This document shows, one piece after another, positions 1 to 12,134 of a DNA stretch of 60,000 nucleotides; position 1 is the stretch's first letter, and the number at the start of each line of letters is the position of its first letter. The notes under the pieces are model-generated. The model was not told where the DNA came from, searched no databases, and saw only the letters and a program-made list of their open reading frames with translations. The DNA is taken from positions 68,016,001-68,076,000 of the forward strand of contig NC_045696.1 in NCBI RefSeq assembly GCF_009834535.1, written 5' to 3'. Origin of the DNA: Camelus ferus (lineage: Eukaryota). The position numbers were made by a program, and so were the translations under genes.

Positions 1-504
1 AACTGAAAAGTAGTCTGTTTAAACCTAGATGTTCATTTATCGCCCTCAGTTGTACCTGACAGAGATTACCAGGTGGCCTGGACCCCAGCAGGCATTGGGA
101 CTTGCCTTTCCTCTGTTCAGCCCTTGTCCCACAAAAGAATGCAAAGCTGAAAGGTCTCTGGAGCTGATATGACCATCAGCCTTACTGTGCAGGTAAGAGA
201 GGAAACCAAGGCTGGCTGGGGACACACAGCACGTGGGGAGCATGACCGTCCTCAACAAGGTGGTCAATTTCAATTTTAATTAAACTTCGAGGCCACTGAC
301 GGTCAGAATAGAACTATAAAAACACCCGAGTTAATGAGTTTACCAACACTTCTTCTCATAAGACAGGCAGTTTGGAAATTAAACGTCTTACTCTATGTGT
401 GCCAGGGACAATGCTAGAGGCAGGTCTAAAACCCAGGTCTGGGGGATTCCAAGGAAGGGGATGGAGATGGGGGTCAAATGCGCAGGCTCCACCACCACCT
501 GCAC

Positions 505-626
505 AACTAATGCCTCCACTTCTCTGAGCCACGGGTTTCCCTCTCTATAATAAGATGGTACTCCCTGACTTCCTTAAGGATCACTGGAGAATTAGTGGAT
601 GGTGACCATGGAAACCACTTATAAAC
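505..626 (+). mobile_element. MIR SINE fragment
   Basis: cacttctctgagccacgggtttccctctctataa resembles the MIR core (ctctctgagcctcagtttcctcatctgtaaaatgg), followed by a MIR-like 3' part. Confidence 0.55.
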
Positions 627-2199
627 AAATTTATGGTAGATACATGTGAGGGATTTGTGCCATTCTGACCTGGAGATACCTACATGTTGCCTCCCAGTAC
701 AAAAGCATAAAAATCCATTAAAAGAAGATTTGTACCCATTACCCATTTGGGTCAAATACCAAATAGTTGGCTATTAAAATCAATATTAAGCCAAAGCTGA
801 GGCTAAAATCTATTAGCATCATCATCTGAACTTCCTTTACACAAGAATAAATACGAAATTGCTCTGTGTTGAAGAGAATTTATCAATGATTTGTTGTGCA
901 TGATTTTGGAAGTTTTCCTGATCATAAAATGTTGAGGGGATAAAGCTGGCAATCTACTTTTATCTTTAAAAAATTAATTCTTAAATAGGACTTTTCTGGA
1001 AAGATTCATGGCCTTAAGTAAAATTAAATACTAAAGCTTAAAAACAGTCTCTAATAGTCATTTTTTTAAATGATAAGTGCATTCATCAACCAATCCTACA
1101 ATGATTAGAATTATGATATAATTTAATCTCACGATAATGCCTCTATTATAATTTATATTTTTATAAACACTTATTAGCTAAGAAAGGATATGATGTTCTT
1201 CCCAAAGTTATCTAGCTAATGTACTCTATTAAATAATATTTAACTAATCTAAAACTAGTGTTTACTATCAATTTATTTCCTTCGTTGTTTAACTATTTTA
1301 AAGTTCTTAATAATTGTTTGACCCATAAATTTAATAGCGTTCACAGTCATCATTAAATACTGTTGCAATTTGCTCTTATAGATACCTTTATATTTCAATT
1401 GATTTGTAGAATTTCAAGGTATAAATAACTTTTAGAAGACTTTTCACCACAAATTACATGTAAAAGTTTCTCCTACATTTGAAAGTTATTTAATCTGGAA
1501 ATTAACTTAATTGTCTAGGTATTAACTGGAAAGTAATATCTGGTTATAAACAACAAATCTGAAATACATGTTTGTTCATATTACGAATGGTTTTATGCTG
1601 ATATGACAGTAACCTGAGTGATGTTCAGCACTCGGTCACTTCCTGCACAAACTCAGAGATGCCCAAAATGTTAATAAAGCGGGCATCTGGCTCTCTTACC
1701 ATTCCAAGGGCTGAAGCAGAGATCTATGCCAACGAGCATCTTTACACCAAATAAAGCGAAAACCAAAGTCAGTGCATCCTTAAAGGCAACTGAGTTGCCT
1801 AATTCTAAGATGGCACTTCTAGATTTTTAGTGTTTTAATGTGGAAACATAACATGGAGCAAAAACTAGAGTTTTCAATATATATGTATGGAAAGCCTGCC
1901 ATGAATCAGATATACACTAAGTAAGATACCTAGAACTCCCGACTCAGCACAGGAGACAAATATGTACACAACTAACCATCACACGTTCACAGAGGTCTGG
2001 CACGGAGTCTGTGTTGGAGGGGGTGGCATGTTAAGACAGCACATCCAGAACCTATGAACTAGCTCAGAGAAACAGGAATGCTCTGCAATGAAGTGTCGAG
2101 TGGCAGGGACAGGAACAGTCACAAATTTCATGGCTTTCCGCGGCTGGTTCTGCGTCTCAGTTCTGTGACTACTACCTCTGTGGCCTGCGAGAACAACAT

Positions 2200-2245
2200 A
2201 AAACATCTGAGCCTCAGTTTCCTCATCTGTTCAGCAGGCATTGCA
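2200..2245 (+). mobile_element. MIR core fragment
   Basis: ctgagcctcagtttcctcatctgt at 2207-2230 matches the MIR core. Confidence 0.7.
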
Positions 2246-3399
2246 AAGACTGTATGAGCTGCCTATGGCAGCATCGAGCACAGGCCCCCGCTGTGGATAC
2301 AGCATTCTGTATTCTCCTTGCTCAGTGCTCATTCACAGGCTCAGTACACGAGTTCAGCGAAATGGTTCTACAAAATGGTTCTTAATCTTGTTGCTGAAAC
2401 AACCAAGATGCTTTTCACAGCTCCATCAAGGCGGAGGGTACCTTCCCAAGAAGCCATGACAGGAACAACACTGAAGTAAGCCCCTCAAAGATTTTATAAC
2501 CTCCCTAGTATGAAGTGGGGCTGAGTCGGGATGTGAGGGTTTAACTGTGTTTGTCGAGCACGACCCAGAAGAGAGAGAGACACTGCTCTGTCTGGTGAGT
2601 GTGGCTGAGAAAGAGAAGCCTCCCTGGATCTAAATATTTAGGTATCAATTTCTCTTAGAGGTCCTGCTGGGAGGTTACGCTCCAGGAAGGTGATGATCCT
2701 TCAGTAACGGTTGTCCTGGGCAGTTTTTGGTCATTCACCTACACAGGCCACATCTTCCACCTGAGCAGAGGTGCCGAAGGGATTCTATCCACTGTGCCTG
2801 GTGGGCATAAGCTTGTTGGGGCCCCAGAGAGGAAGATGCCTGCCAAGCAGCAAATATTCATTTTCCTTGAGATCCTCCAAATGCTTGACTCTGATTCTTC
2901 CTTCACCACGTGGTGCTTCTCACAACCAATCCCATCCCCACAGCACCCAAGGGAGAGCACAGACACCGGCAAGACAATGCAAAGCTCCCACTCCCAGGCA
3001 TGTATGAAAACCGCACTGGGTTCATCCTGGGCTGCTTTGCGCATCTGCCTGATGGCAGTTTCCTCCCCGTCCCATGACTGAAGCCTTGAGTCACTGGTTT
3101 ACAAAAAGGTGGTGGGAGGTTCCGGACCTAATATGCTGAGGACCACATACAACTGTGCTGACCACACAACAGATTGAGGCTCTGTCTCATAACCGGCCAA
3201 CACTCTCAAATCACCAGAAGTAACACCTACTGGAGTGGTACAACCTTTCTGAGCTCATCTTGTCCTTATAAGGGCGGCTTCATCTGTCCTGGCTCTCACC
3301 TTCTCCTGTGGTTTTGGAACACATCATGTGTGGAGTTTAACTTCTGAAGAAAAGGTGGGCAGATCCAGTTCTAGTTTAATGTCTAGGCACTTAAATTCT

Positions 3400-3500
3400 T
3401 CAGACATTTACTGAGCAGAAATCAGGTGGGCAGTGCAGTGGCTCCTGGAAGTACGAAGGGGAATCAAAATAGAACCGTTGACTCGTGGAGCACAATGATT
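3400..3500 (-). mobile_element. L2 LINE 3' end fragment
   Basis: cagacatttactgagca...ctcgtggagcac is a degraded reverse complement of the L2 3' terminus. Confidence 0.45.
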
Positions 3501-3699
3501 TGCCTTGTAGGCACTAAGCAAAGGTTAACTGTTCAACACTGCAATACATAAATATTATAAATGCTAATTTTAATGTTAAAAGTACAGGATATATTTAACA
3601 ATGGAGGACTGGTTTAAAAAGCAAGCCTCAGAACAGCAGTCTGCAGTGTACACAGGTACACACACACACACACAGGATAGAACATTATTCACTGTAACG

Positions 3700-3810
3700 T
3701 ATTTTCGGGTAATAGGATTACAGACAATCTAGATTTCGTTCCTTATACTTTCCTATGTTTTCCAAATGTTCTACAGTGAATGTTAATTACTTGTATATTC
3801 AAAAGGAGCA
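3700..3810 (+). mobile_element. Ancient L1 (L1ME-type) 3' end
   Basis: ggtaataggattacagacaat...ccttatactttcctatgttttccaaatgttctacagtgaatgttaattacttgtata matches the L1ME 3' terminus pattern. Confidence 0.6.
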
Positions 3811-4438
3811 CCAATATAATGTTGAAAATAAAGGACACTAATAGCTCAGAATTCTGAGCTCCTGAAGAGCTTCTGTATTCAACCTAGATATTTGACACCT
3901 CAGCCCCCTCACTCAGATGTGTGTGTGTATGTATGTATGCATATAAGCACACATTTATGGTTAATACCAACTAACCTAAAATACTGGATCCTTTGTAAGA
4001 TCCTGATTGGGATGGGAGATGGGGTGCAGGGAAGACTGGACAAGTTCCAAGAGACAGGTGGTCATCTTTCAGAGCAGCTAAACCTAGAGTACATCAGAGT
4101 GGCTGCTGACCAGAAAAGCTATTCAAACATAGAAGATGCATGAGACAGAGAAAACCAACAGTGGTTTCCAGTATGAGTCCTAAACTGAAAAGGCAGGAGG
4201 GCAGAGCTCCCAAGTGCAGGCATTACCTTATAAAGTAGCTGCTTCTCCCAGGGGCAATTCTATGTGCCTGTTCCTGGGTGACAACCAGCAATGATTAAAT
4301 CATTTATGTAATAATGATTCATGATTAAGCTTTACGCCTCTAGAGAGCCCAGGAAGTTATACACACAATTCTTTGCAAATGTTTATCTGATTGTTAAGAG
4401 CAAAAAGAAAGAAACTGCTATTAAAAACATACACATTT

Positions 4439-4554
4439 AATGAAAAAGAACATATATATGTATAACTGAATCACTATGCTGTACCCCAGAAACTAATACA
4501 ACATTGTAAATCACCTATACTTCAATAAAGAAATAATTTTTAAAATTCTTTTTA
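4439..4554 (+). mobile_element. 5'-truncated cetartiodactyl-type L1 3' end with TSD
   Basis: tataactgaatcactatgctgtaccccagaaactaatacaacattgtaaatcacctatacttcaataaa; flanked by aaaaacatacacattt (4423-4438) and aaaaacacatacattt (4555-4570). Confidence 0.85.
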
Positions 4555-4649
4555 AAAAACACATACATTTGGAAAAGGAACCAAACCAGAAACACTGGTG
4601 CAAGGTCAGTGAGCGCTGACCACGTCAAGCTCAGAAATACTAAATGACC

Positions 4650-4745
4650 ACCTACTATACTCGAGGCACCACAGGTGTTTGTACCACAGTAATAAGTAAA
4701 ACAGGTACAGTTCCTGCCTTCACAGAGAGTAAGTTAAGAAGAATT
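4650..4745 (-). mobile_element. L2 fragment
   Basis: cctactatac...acagtaataagtaaaacaggtacagttcctgccttcacagag is reverse-strand L2 3' region. Confidence 0.55.
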
Positions 4746-4869
4746 AGGAGCAAGCAATAAAACCAAGAAGTGGATATGGATCCTAGTACTATATAATACA
4801 ACACTGCAGCCCCAATAAACTTGACCGGGCACATCAAAGTATCAAAGCTATCAATTGGGTGTTAATGGG

Positions 4870-5085
4870 TTGGGGTGGGAGACAGAGATTTGTTCCTGAT
4901 TAAATAAATTGGATAAATTCATACTAAGAGCTCTGAGACGTCCTATAGCAAAGAAATATATCTAAATATGCATAAGCTGGCATTTCCCAAATAGGTTTTG
5001 ACAACAAAATTCCCCTTTTCATGGAATACCGATCAACAGATCAAAGAAAGCTAACACTGAGTGGAACTCAGCTTGCAAAATGCAC
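4870..5085. mobile_element. hAT-Charlie non-autonomous DNA transposon remnant (subfamily uncertain)
   Basis: ctctgagacgtcctatagcaaagaaa...gcatttcccaaataggttttgacaac...tggaatacc...gtggaactcagcttgcaaaatgc resembles Charlie-family MITE ends. Confidence 0.45.
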
Positions 5086-6609
5086 AATAACGGCTGTGCC
5101 ATCAAAACTGAATTACCAGGTGAGTTCTTTTTTTTAAAAAGACAGGGAAGTTTATTATACTTTCTATAAAAATTAACAAATTTTTAAAAGTTGACTCTTG
5201 AAGGTATGAAACTTAAGTTATTTGGAATTCTTCATTCCCCCAAATCTAAGGGGAAAAAAGAGACTTTGGTGTATTTTCCAACTTGCTAGAGAATTATGGA
5301 GCTGGAAAGCCAGCCCCTCAAAACCCCAAATTTCAGGAGTCCCATCTCATCCATTGTGGCTGTGGGCTACAAACAGAGGAGCCACTGAAACGTGGGTAGT
5401 TGGCAGAAGAGGGCACAGTGAGTAATCAGCGTGTGACCAGCTGCTAGAGACTGACACAGAGTAACAGGTGCGCACAAAAAAGTGCACGCCCCGCTCTCCT
5501 AATCTATTTCAGGGAGGAGGAGTGGTTACAGATCACTGAGAAGAAGCAGGGCACAGATAATGCCTAAACCCCTTTTCTGCTTTAAGTATCTTTCCTGTTA
5601 AATACGTTAGGCAATTTATTGACAGGAACAATGGGTTAAGGAGGTTGACGTATAAAAGGTCAAGTGTTCTGGGTAGAAAGGAGATTTAGATTCCGATCTG
5701 CCCTCGGTCATTATCTAGCCAGAATCAAAATTTCCTCTAATCACCCTACTCCACCGTTTACCATCATTCACACTCCTTCACATCCAGTCATGGTATAAGT
5801 TAAAAAGCTCAAATCACAGAGTCAAAGAATTTTCTCACTAACTGATGTTGGGACACTAGATGGCCATTTGGATAAAGATAAAATTACATCCATTCATCAC
5901 ATCATATACAAGAATAAACTGCAAATGAATCAGAGATCTAGATATAAAAAATGAAACCATACAGGTATAGAAGGTAACACGAGTGACATGGTGTCAGGAA
6001 ATGCTTTCTAACCATGATCAAAGAAGAGAAGCAATAAAAGAATAGATTGTTAAATGTGTCTATATAAAAATAAATGTTGCCTTTTATCATGACAAAGAAA
6101 GAAAAGCACTGTAAACAAAGTCAAAAATCAAATACATTGGGAGAAAATATTTATAATATATTTCATAAATTAAAGGCTAATTTACAGGGGTTTTTTTAAG
6201 GGAAAAAAGACCAAAATTCAAATGGAAAAAAATGAGCAAAAGATATGGACAGAATATTAAGTTTATAAAATTAACAAATATGGTCTTTAAGCACATGAAA
6301 AGATACTCAATTCCATTCGTAAGAGGATATATGCAAATTGAAACTACACTGAGATATCATTTCTCACCCATCACATTGGCAGCAATCCAAAAACTAAGTA
6401 CACTCAAAGGTTGAGGATGCTGGCGTGACACCCCATGGAGAGGAATAGGGCCCTGCTTACCTAACAAAACATTTGCCTTTGACCCTGCATTCCCACTTCT
6501 AAGAATACAGCCTGAAGATACACCTCCAACAATATGAAAATAAATGTGCATAATATTATTCATTGCAGTAAACTACTCAACCATCCAGTATAGGAGATCA
6601 GTTGTATAA

Positions 6610-6790
6610 AAGAGATAGACAGATAGAGAGAAAGAAAAAGGGAAAGAAGGGAAGGCAGAAAGATGGAAAAAAGGAAGGAAGGAAAGAGATGGAGAAAGAG
6701 AGAGAGAAAGACAGAAGGAAGGAATGAAGGAAAGAAGGATGTTCTAAAGAAAGAGGGAGGAAGAGAGAAAGAATTCTCAAAAAGCAAAGT
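6610..6790. repeat. Purine-rich (GGAA/GAGA/GAAA)n low-complexity tract
   Basis: Almost pure A/G run inside the old L1. Confidence 0.9.
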
Positions 6791-6912
6791 ACAGAAGAAT
6801 ATATATGTGTGTGTGTGTATATATAGACATATATATATATAGTATGTTACCTTTTGTTTAAGGAAAAAAAGAAATATGAGAAACACAGGAAGGATAATCA
6901 AGAAAACAGTGA

Positions 6913-6950
6913 AACACAACACTGTAAATCAACTATACGTCAATTAAAAA
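6913..6950 (+). mobile_element. Extremely truncated (38 bp) L1 3' end with 10-bp TSD
   Basis: aacacaacactgtaaatcaactatacgtcaattaaaaa flanked by perfect aaaacagtga at 6903-6912 and 6951-6960. Confidence 0.8.
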
Positions 6951-8316
6951 AAAACAGTGAGGTTGGTTGGGGGAGAGGATCACAAGCAAACCTTGAACTC
7001 CTTTTAGAAGGTCTGTTTTGGGGAGTGTATGATAATAATAATAATAATTACCATCATTATTATTATTTGCCTATACATATATGTATACACATCCATATAG
7101 TACAAGTATATGTATATGAAGCTGTTTTATATATACACGCATATGCCTATGTACTTTCATGTGTAAAATTTCTCGGCTCTGGCCACTGAAAGAGCCTATG
7201 ATCAAAGGCACCACGGGAGCCATGAGCACACCTAGTACTCAAATACTGGTCCTTAATACCATCCTCCACTAAAAAGAACCAGGACATATTGAAGAAATGA
7301 TTGATTTCAGGCTCAGGCAGAAAAGATACAAGATCAAACTAGGACATCTTTTTACCCAGGAGATAAGTAAGTACTAACAACAACAAAGATGGGGACATAC
7401 CACAAGGACCCAGAATTTTTGCTTGAAGGGACTCCCACTGGAATAATCTGGGACAATTTGAGCATCAAAATAATTGCATAGCACTAGGAATTATGCAAGA
7501 TTGAAATAGAAATCTGGAGTTCATACACTTGAAACAGAGAGCAAGCGAGAGCGAGAGAGAAAAAGACAAGAAGGAGTCTTAGAGTAGAACACAGTGCTGA
7601 ATAAAAAATAAACACGAAGGAAGCACTAAAGATGCGAAACCATCATAGTAAAGAGTGGTTTAGACAAGAATTTCGAGGAAATTTTTGATGAGGAACAAGA
7701 ATGAAGTATCTCCTCATGGATGCTTAATAATTGCAAGGGGAAAAGGGTAACCATATGGTGGAGAAATTGAACACCACCTTGACCAGGTGGTCAAAATCAA
7801 CATCGCGAGCCTCCAGCTATGACTCCTGAGGAGGTTACATCACGTATGCAGGATTCTGGGGGGCGTGTATAACAGAATCTAAATATGAAGAAACAACTGA
7901 CAAACACAAAATGAGGACTATTACATTCTTAAAAGGGGGCACTGTATTCTTCAAAAATGGCAATGCCATAAAAGAAGAAGAAAGGCTGTAGGAATGCCCC
8001 AGATCAAGAGAGACTAAAGAAACATGACAATTAAATGCACTAGCTGATCCTAGGCTGGATTCTCCACTAGAGGGGGAAAATGCTGTCAAAAGTCTAAGTG
8101 GGCAAATTGACAAAACAGGAGTACAAACAGTAGATTAAAGAATTAAATTAGTGTTAAGTGTACTGAAGTTGAGAACTATAATGTGAATATGAAGAGATGA
8201 TCCTTATCATTAGAAAATATACACTGTACTTAAGGGTAGGGAGCCATGATGTATAGTGACATGTGCGACTTCTCAAATATTATAGAAAAAATATTGTAGG
8301 GAAAAAAATATATGTA

Positions 8317-8339
8317 TGTGTGTGTGTGTGTGTGTGTGT
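8317..8339. repeat. (TG)n microsatellite
   Basis: Direct reading. Confidence 0.95.
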
Positions 8340-8425
8340 ATAAGAAGAAGACAGAATGAGGGGGGAGAATGCAAACGGGATAAAATGTCAACAACAGATG
8401 CATCTGATAAGAGCATATGAGTATT

Positions 8426-9063
8426 CTACCATATGACCCAGCAATTCTACTCCTGGGTATATACCTGAAGAAAATAAAAACACTGATTTGAAAAGATATA
8501 CACACCCCAATGTTCATAGCAGCATTATTTACAATAGCCAAGATATGGAAACAACTTAAGTGTCCATCAACAGATGACTGGAAAAAGAAGATGTGGTGTA
8601 CATATACAATGGAATAGTACTCAGCCATAAAAAAGAATGAAATTTTGCCATTTGCTACAACATGGATGGATCTGGAGGATATTATGCTTAATGGAATAAG
8701 TCAGACAGAGAAAGCCAAATACTGTATAATATCGCTTATATGTGGAATCTAAAAAATAAAACAAACCAGTCAATGTAATAAAAAAGAAACAGATTCACAG
8801 ATACAGAGAACAAACTAGTGATTACCAGTAGAGAGAGGGAAGGGGGAAGAAACAAGATAGGGGTAAAGGGTTGCAATGTACAAACTACTATATATAAAAT
8901 GCTACAAGGATATATTATATAGTACAGAGAAAATAGCCAACATTTAGTAAGAACTATAAATGGAGTATAACCTTTAAAAATCGTGGATCACAATGTTGTA
9001 TACCTGAAACTTACATAATATTGTACATCAACTCTACCTCAATAAAAATTTTTTTTTAATTTT
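8426..9063 (+). mobile_element. Younger L1 (laurasiatherian/artiodactyl type), ORF2 C-terminus plus 3' UTR, nested in the older L1
   Basis: ctaccatatgacccagcaattctactcctgggtatatacc through tactcagccataaaaaagaatgaaattttgccatttgc to ctcaataaaaa; TSD agagcatatgagtatt (8410-8425) and aaagcatataagtatt (9064-9079). Confidence 0.9.
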
Positions 9064-9079
9064 AAAGCATATAAGTATT

Positions 9080-9140
9080 ATTTGGTCTATTCTTATTCTT
9101 TTTATGTTTGAAATCACAGTAAAAAATTAAATTAAAAAAA
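9080..9140 (+). mobile_element. Resumed 3' terminus of the host L1MC-type element
   Basis: tttggtctattcttattctttttatgtttgaaat...aaaaa matches an L1MC end and directly follows the nested L1's TSD. Confidence 0.55.
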
Positions 9141-9890
9141 ACACTAAAAAAGAGAAGAAAAAATATAGCAATTAAGTAGCTCTATTTTCTAATAGGATTT
9201 GAAATTAATTAATAAATTAAGCCCAAACTACTTTATTCCACATAATACTTATATGAACATATGTTTTATAGCTACCCAGAGAATTTTGTATAATTTAATT
9301 TCCTAACATGAAAAAATACAATTTATTCTTCTAAAACTCCTTGGTGTAAACAATACCTGCCATGTCTAAGGCCACAGTGTATATGTAACCAGGGCTACAA
9401 TTACAACATTTGTAGGTCAATGCAAGCCTCTGAAATTCCAGTTCACCACATTTGCAATCCGAGTACTATTTCCCTTCTAGAAAGAGCAAGTTTAGAATTG
9501 GAAGATGAGCTATACCTAACAATGTAATAGCCAGCATCAATTTTTAAAAATCTATCAGCTGTGGCCTTTGAGGTTAAGTATCACCAAATGCATGGAGGGG
9601 TGGGGCAGGGAACACTCTTTTGTCCAAGGATGGATTAGGTCACATGCGCTGTCTTCCACTACACACCTGAACTTCCCAGAAGAAGGAAAAAATGTGAATC
9701 AGGCCTTGAAGTTTCCTTGCCAGATAAATTTGGAAAGGAAAAAAAGAGACATGAAGGTTAGACATTATGAGGTCAAGAACCATCAACCAAATAGAACTTG
9801 AGGTTTAAGCAGAAACAGGTAAAGTATCTGGGAAGGCAGCAGAACTCTCAGCCCTCTTATTCCAAAACAGGCTCCCTAACTGAAAAAAAG

Positions 9891-9892
<2 letters not shown>

Positions 9893-9932
<40 letters not shown>
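9893..9932. repeat. (AT)n microsatellite, about 20 units
   Basis: Direct reading. Confidence 0.95.
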
Positions 9933-9937
<5 letters not shown>

Positions 9938-10359
9938 TAAAAATTATACTGCAGCTGAATACTAGGGATTGTTCCTTTCCAAAAAGCATTAAAATATAAA
10001 GGTCAGTTAGCTTAAATGGTATTTTATTGCACATACTTTAAAAAGAACTTGAACAATTAAAGCAATGAAATATATTCCTTGCAATCGTTTTAAACGTTCT
10101 TAGAAGCATAAAAGAAGGCACGTCTCAATGTAAAAAATGTTAACTCCTTCTCATCCTTTGCACATTTATTTCAAGGCCTCACAGAATTTATAAGCCTCTT
10201 AGTAGAGTTTCTAGTGTGCTCGCGTTGTTTGGGTGAAATTCTTGGCCATCCAGCAGTTTCCCTTGGGTGTCAGGGGTGTGACAGTCCGGAAGTACGGCCC
10301 AGGGAGAGAGACGTTTACCAAAACACCACCAAGACACAGATCGGAGATCAAGACTAGAT

Positions 10360-10497
10360 CAATGGTTCTCCCAAGAGCTTTAAAATAAGAATGAAGGTCA
10401 GACATTCTAATTCAGGTGAGCAGCTTAGGGGCAAAGCATTTTTTTTTTTTTAATTCCTCCAGAGATTTTGATAGGTGGCCAGACTTGCAAACCACTG
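10360..10497. mobile_element. MER5A/MER5B-like hAT-Charlie MITE
   Basis: Ends caatggttctc and gcaaaccactg; internal attctaattcag and ctccagagattttgat; 8-bp flanks gactagat/gactggaa (6/8) fit a hAT TSD. Confidence 0.7.
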
Positions 10498-10884
10498 GAC
10501 TGGAAGATTCAAAACTCCTCTGCAGCAGCTAAGCTCTAGGAAAAACTTCAACCATCTGCTGCTTGACAGCGCCCTTAGACTGACACTGATAGCATCATAT
10601 TATTTCTCTCAGTTTCCACAAAAATAAAATGGCAAAAGTGACAAACCAGTTTCACCAGTCTATAAGAAGAAAAAGTGATCAATTTTAAGGTACTTCACAT
10701 ATGAGAATATCAGTTTTTATCAACTTCCTTATGTAATACATAAAAGTATTCCTTAACTTTTCAAAGGTATTGCTCTGCTACCTTATAGCCTAGAAACAGG
10801 CTAAGGCTCTACTAACTAGCCTCAACTGTTTTTCCGCCACTCAACCAGTACTGGCAACTAGTACCTTGGGTGTGGTACTTGCTC

Positions 10885-11045
10885 ACAGAATCACAGATCC
10901 CAGTGTAGGAAGAGCTCTCCAGAAGTCATCTGCACACCCTCCCTCCCCACTTCATGCAGAAAAGAGGTGAATTACCCCCATTTCACAGATGGATCAATGA
11001 GGCTCAGAAAGCTCAAGTGATTTGAGCTTAGTCACACTCGGGCTC
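10885..11045 (-). mobile_element. MIR/MIR3 fragment
   Basis: ccccatttcacagatggatcaatgaggctcagaaagctcaagtgattt is reverse MIR core. Confidence 0.7.
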
Positions 11046-12134
11046 CACACTCCACACCAACACGCCTCTGTGATTTCTGAAAGTCAGAGGCTTTCCTGTT
11101 GGGTCTTACGTATAGGCTGAATGTAGTTCCTGTTCTAGTTTGTCCAGGTGACGGGAGACAATCAGAGTCCCCTCTTCAGGTCTTGGTTCACTAACCTCTA
11201 GCAAAGGAGGCTGAGACCCCAAAAGCGCTCAGCTAAGGCTGGAAAATGAAAGAAAAGCCATAAGATGTCAATAGAGTAACTTTGAGCAAGAGATTTAGTG
11301 CAAGAAGAAAAGAATACCCAATAATTACATTTCAAAGCATGAGCCTGGAAAATGAGATAGGGCAGAGGATGTTAATCACAAACAAATTAATGCAATGGAG
11401 TGCAAGGTGTCTGCTTCCTCGAGGCCTCTGAAAGTTACTGAGCTTGATGATTACATGGGTTTACCAGTCATCATTCTACTTAAAGGTCAGAACAATGAAT
11501 AGATGCCTAGAAATATCTGTCCTTTCCCAAAGCTCCCAGGTACCATGGATTTAATGTTAATGAAAAAAATAAAAGTTGTGGAGATCAACTTGTTTGATAC
11601 TCATTTTAGAGATAAAGAAATGACAAGGGATAAAGAAATTTACTCGAGATTGACAAAATAATTAATAAGCAGATAGAACTCCAAGGGATACATGAAGTCA
11701 TTTCCCCACTAGAAAAATCCTCACATCATGTCACACTATTTTATGGTATCAGCCAATTTTTTTTAAAAATGGAAAACTTTGAATAAACATTTCAACAATT
11801 ACAGTCATATAACGGAAATCTTTGTTTCCCTAACATATTAAGATTTCATGGACAAAGGAAAACAGGAAGAGTAGCTTGATATATTTACCATTATTTGATT
11901 TTTTTAAAGCAGGGCACACCCAAAAGCAGTTATTTTGACCTACAAGAAATATAGGGGTTGGAGAAAGAAACAGTCTTTTTTTTTTTTGATTATTAGGTTT
12001 ACTCTGCAGTCATCATTGTTTGGAAGGTATTATCACACAAGCTGGCTGCTAAGAGGAGGTGAACGGCCTGGTGGCTTAAGACATCAATCTCACAGCCCCC
12101 ATTTTTTGTCAACTCAAGAGTGACAGGTGGCAGT

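Larger units (their letters stand above)
5835..8425 (+). mobile_element. Old L1 (L1MC/L1MD-type): degraded ORF2 3' part plus long 3' UTR, interrupted by simple repeats and younger L1s
   Basis: ORF 6232-6414 (KHMKRYS...MQIETTLRYHFSPITLAAIQK) resembles L1 ORF2p KHMKKCS...MQIKTTMRYHLTPVRMAIIKK; L1MC-type UTR motifs such as ctgggacaatttgagcatcaaaataa at ~7450. Confidence 0.8.

Noticed and set aside
1694..1790. Minus-strand exon candidate ending at ATG/GTAAGA
   Set aside because: Weak AAG acceptor and poor pyrimidine tract; peptide unrecognised
2640..3090. Cluster of overlapping ORFs that might be a processed pseudogene or RTE-like remnant (GGH...MPAKQQIF)
   Set aside because: Similarity too weak to support; no polyA or TSD and no recognised protein
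6560..7189. Hydrophobic, membrane-protein-like ORFs (6560-6922, 6598-6780, 6854-7189)
   Set aside because: Translations of the purine tract and TA/CA microsatellites
8230..8628. 132-aa minus-strand ORF (likewise 50618-51040 and 57301-57810)
   Set aside because: Antisense reading of L1/HAL1 sequence, a common spurious ORF class
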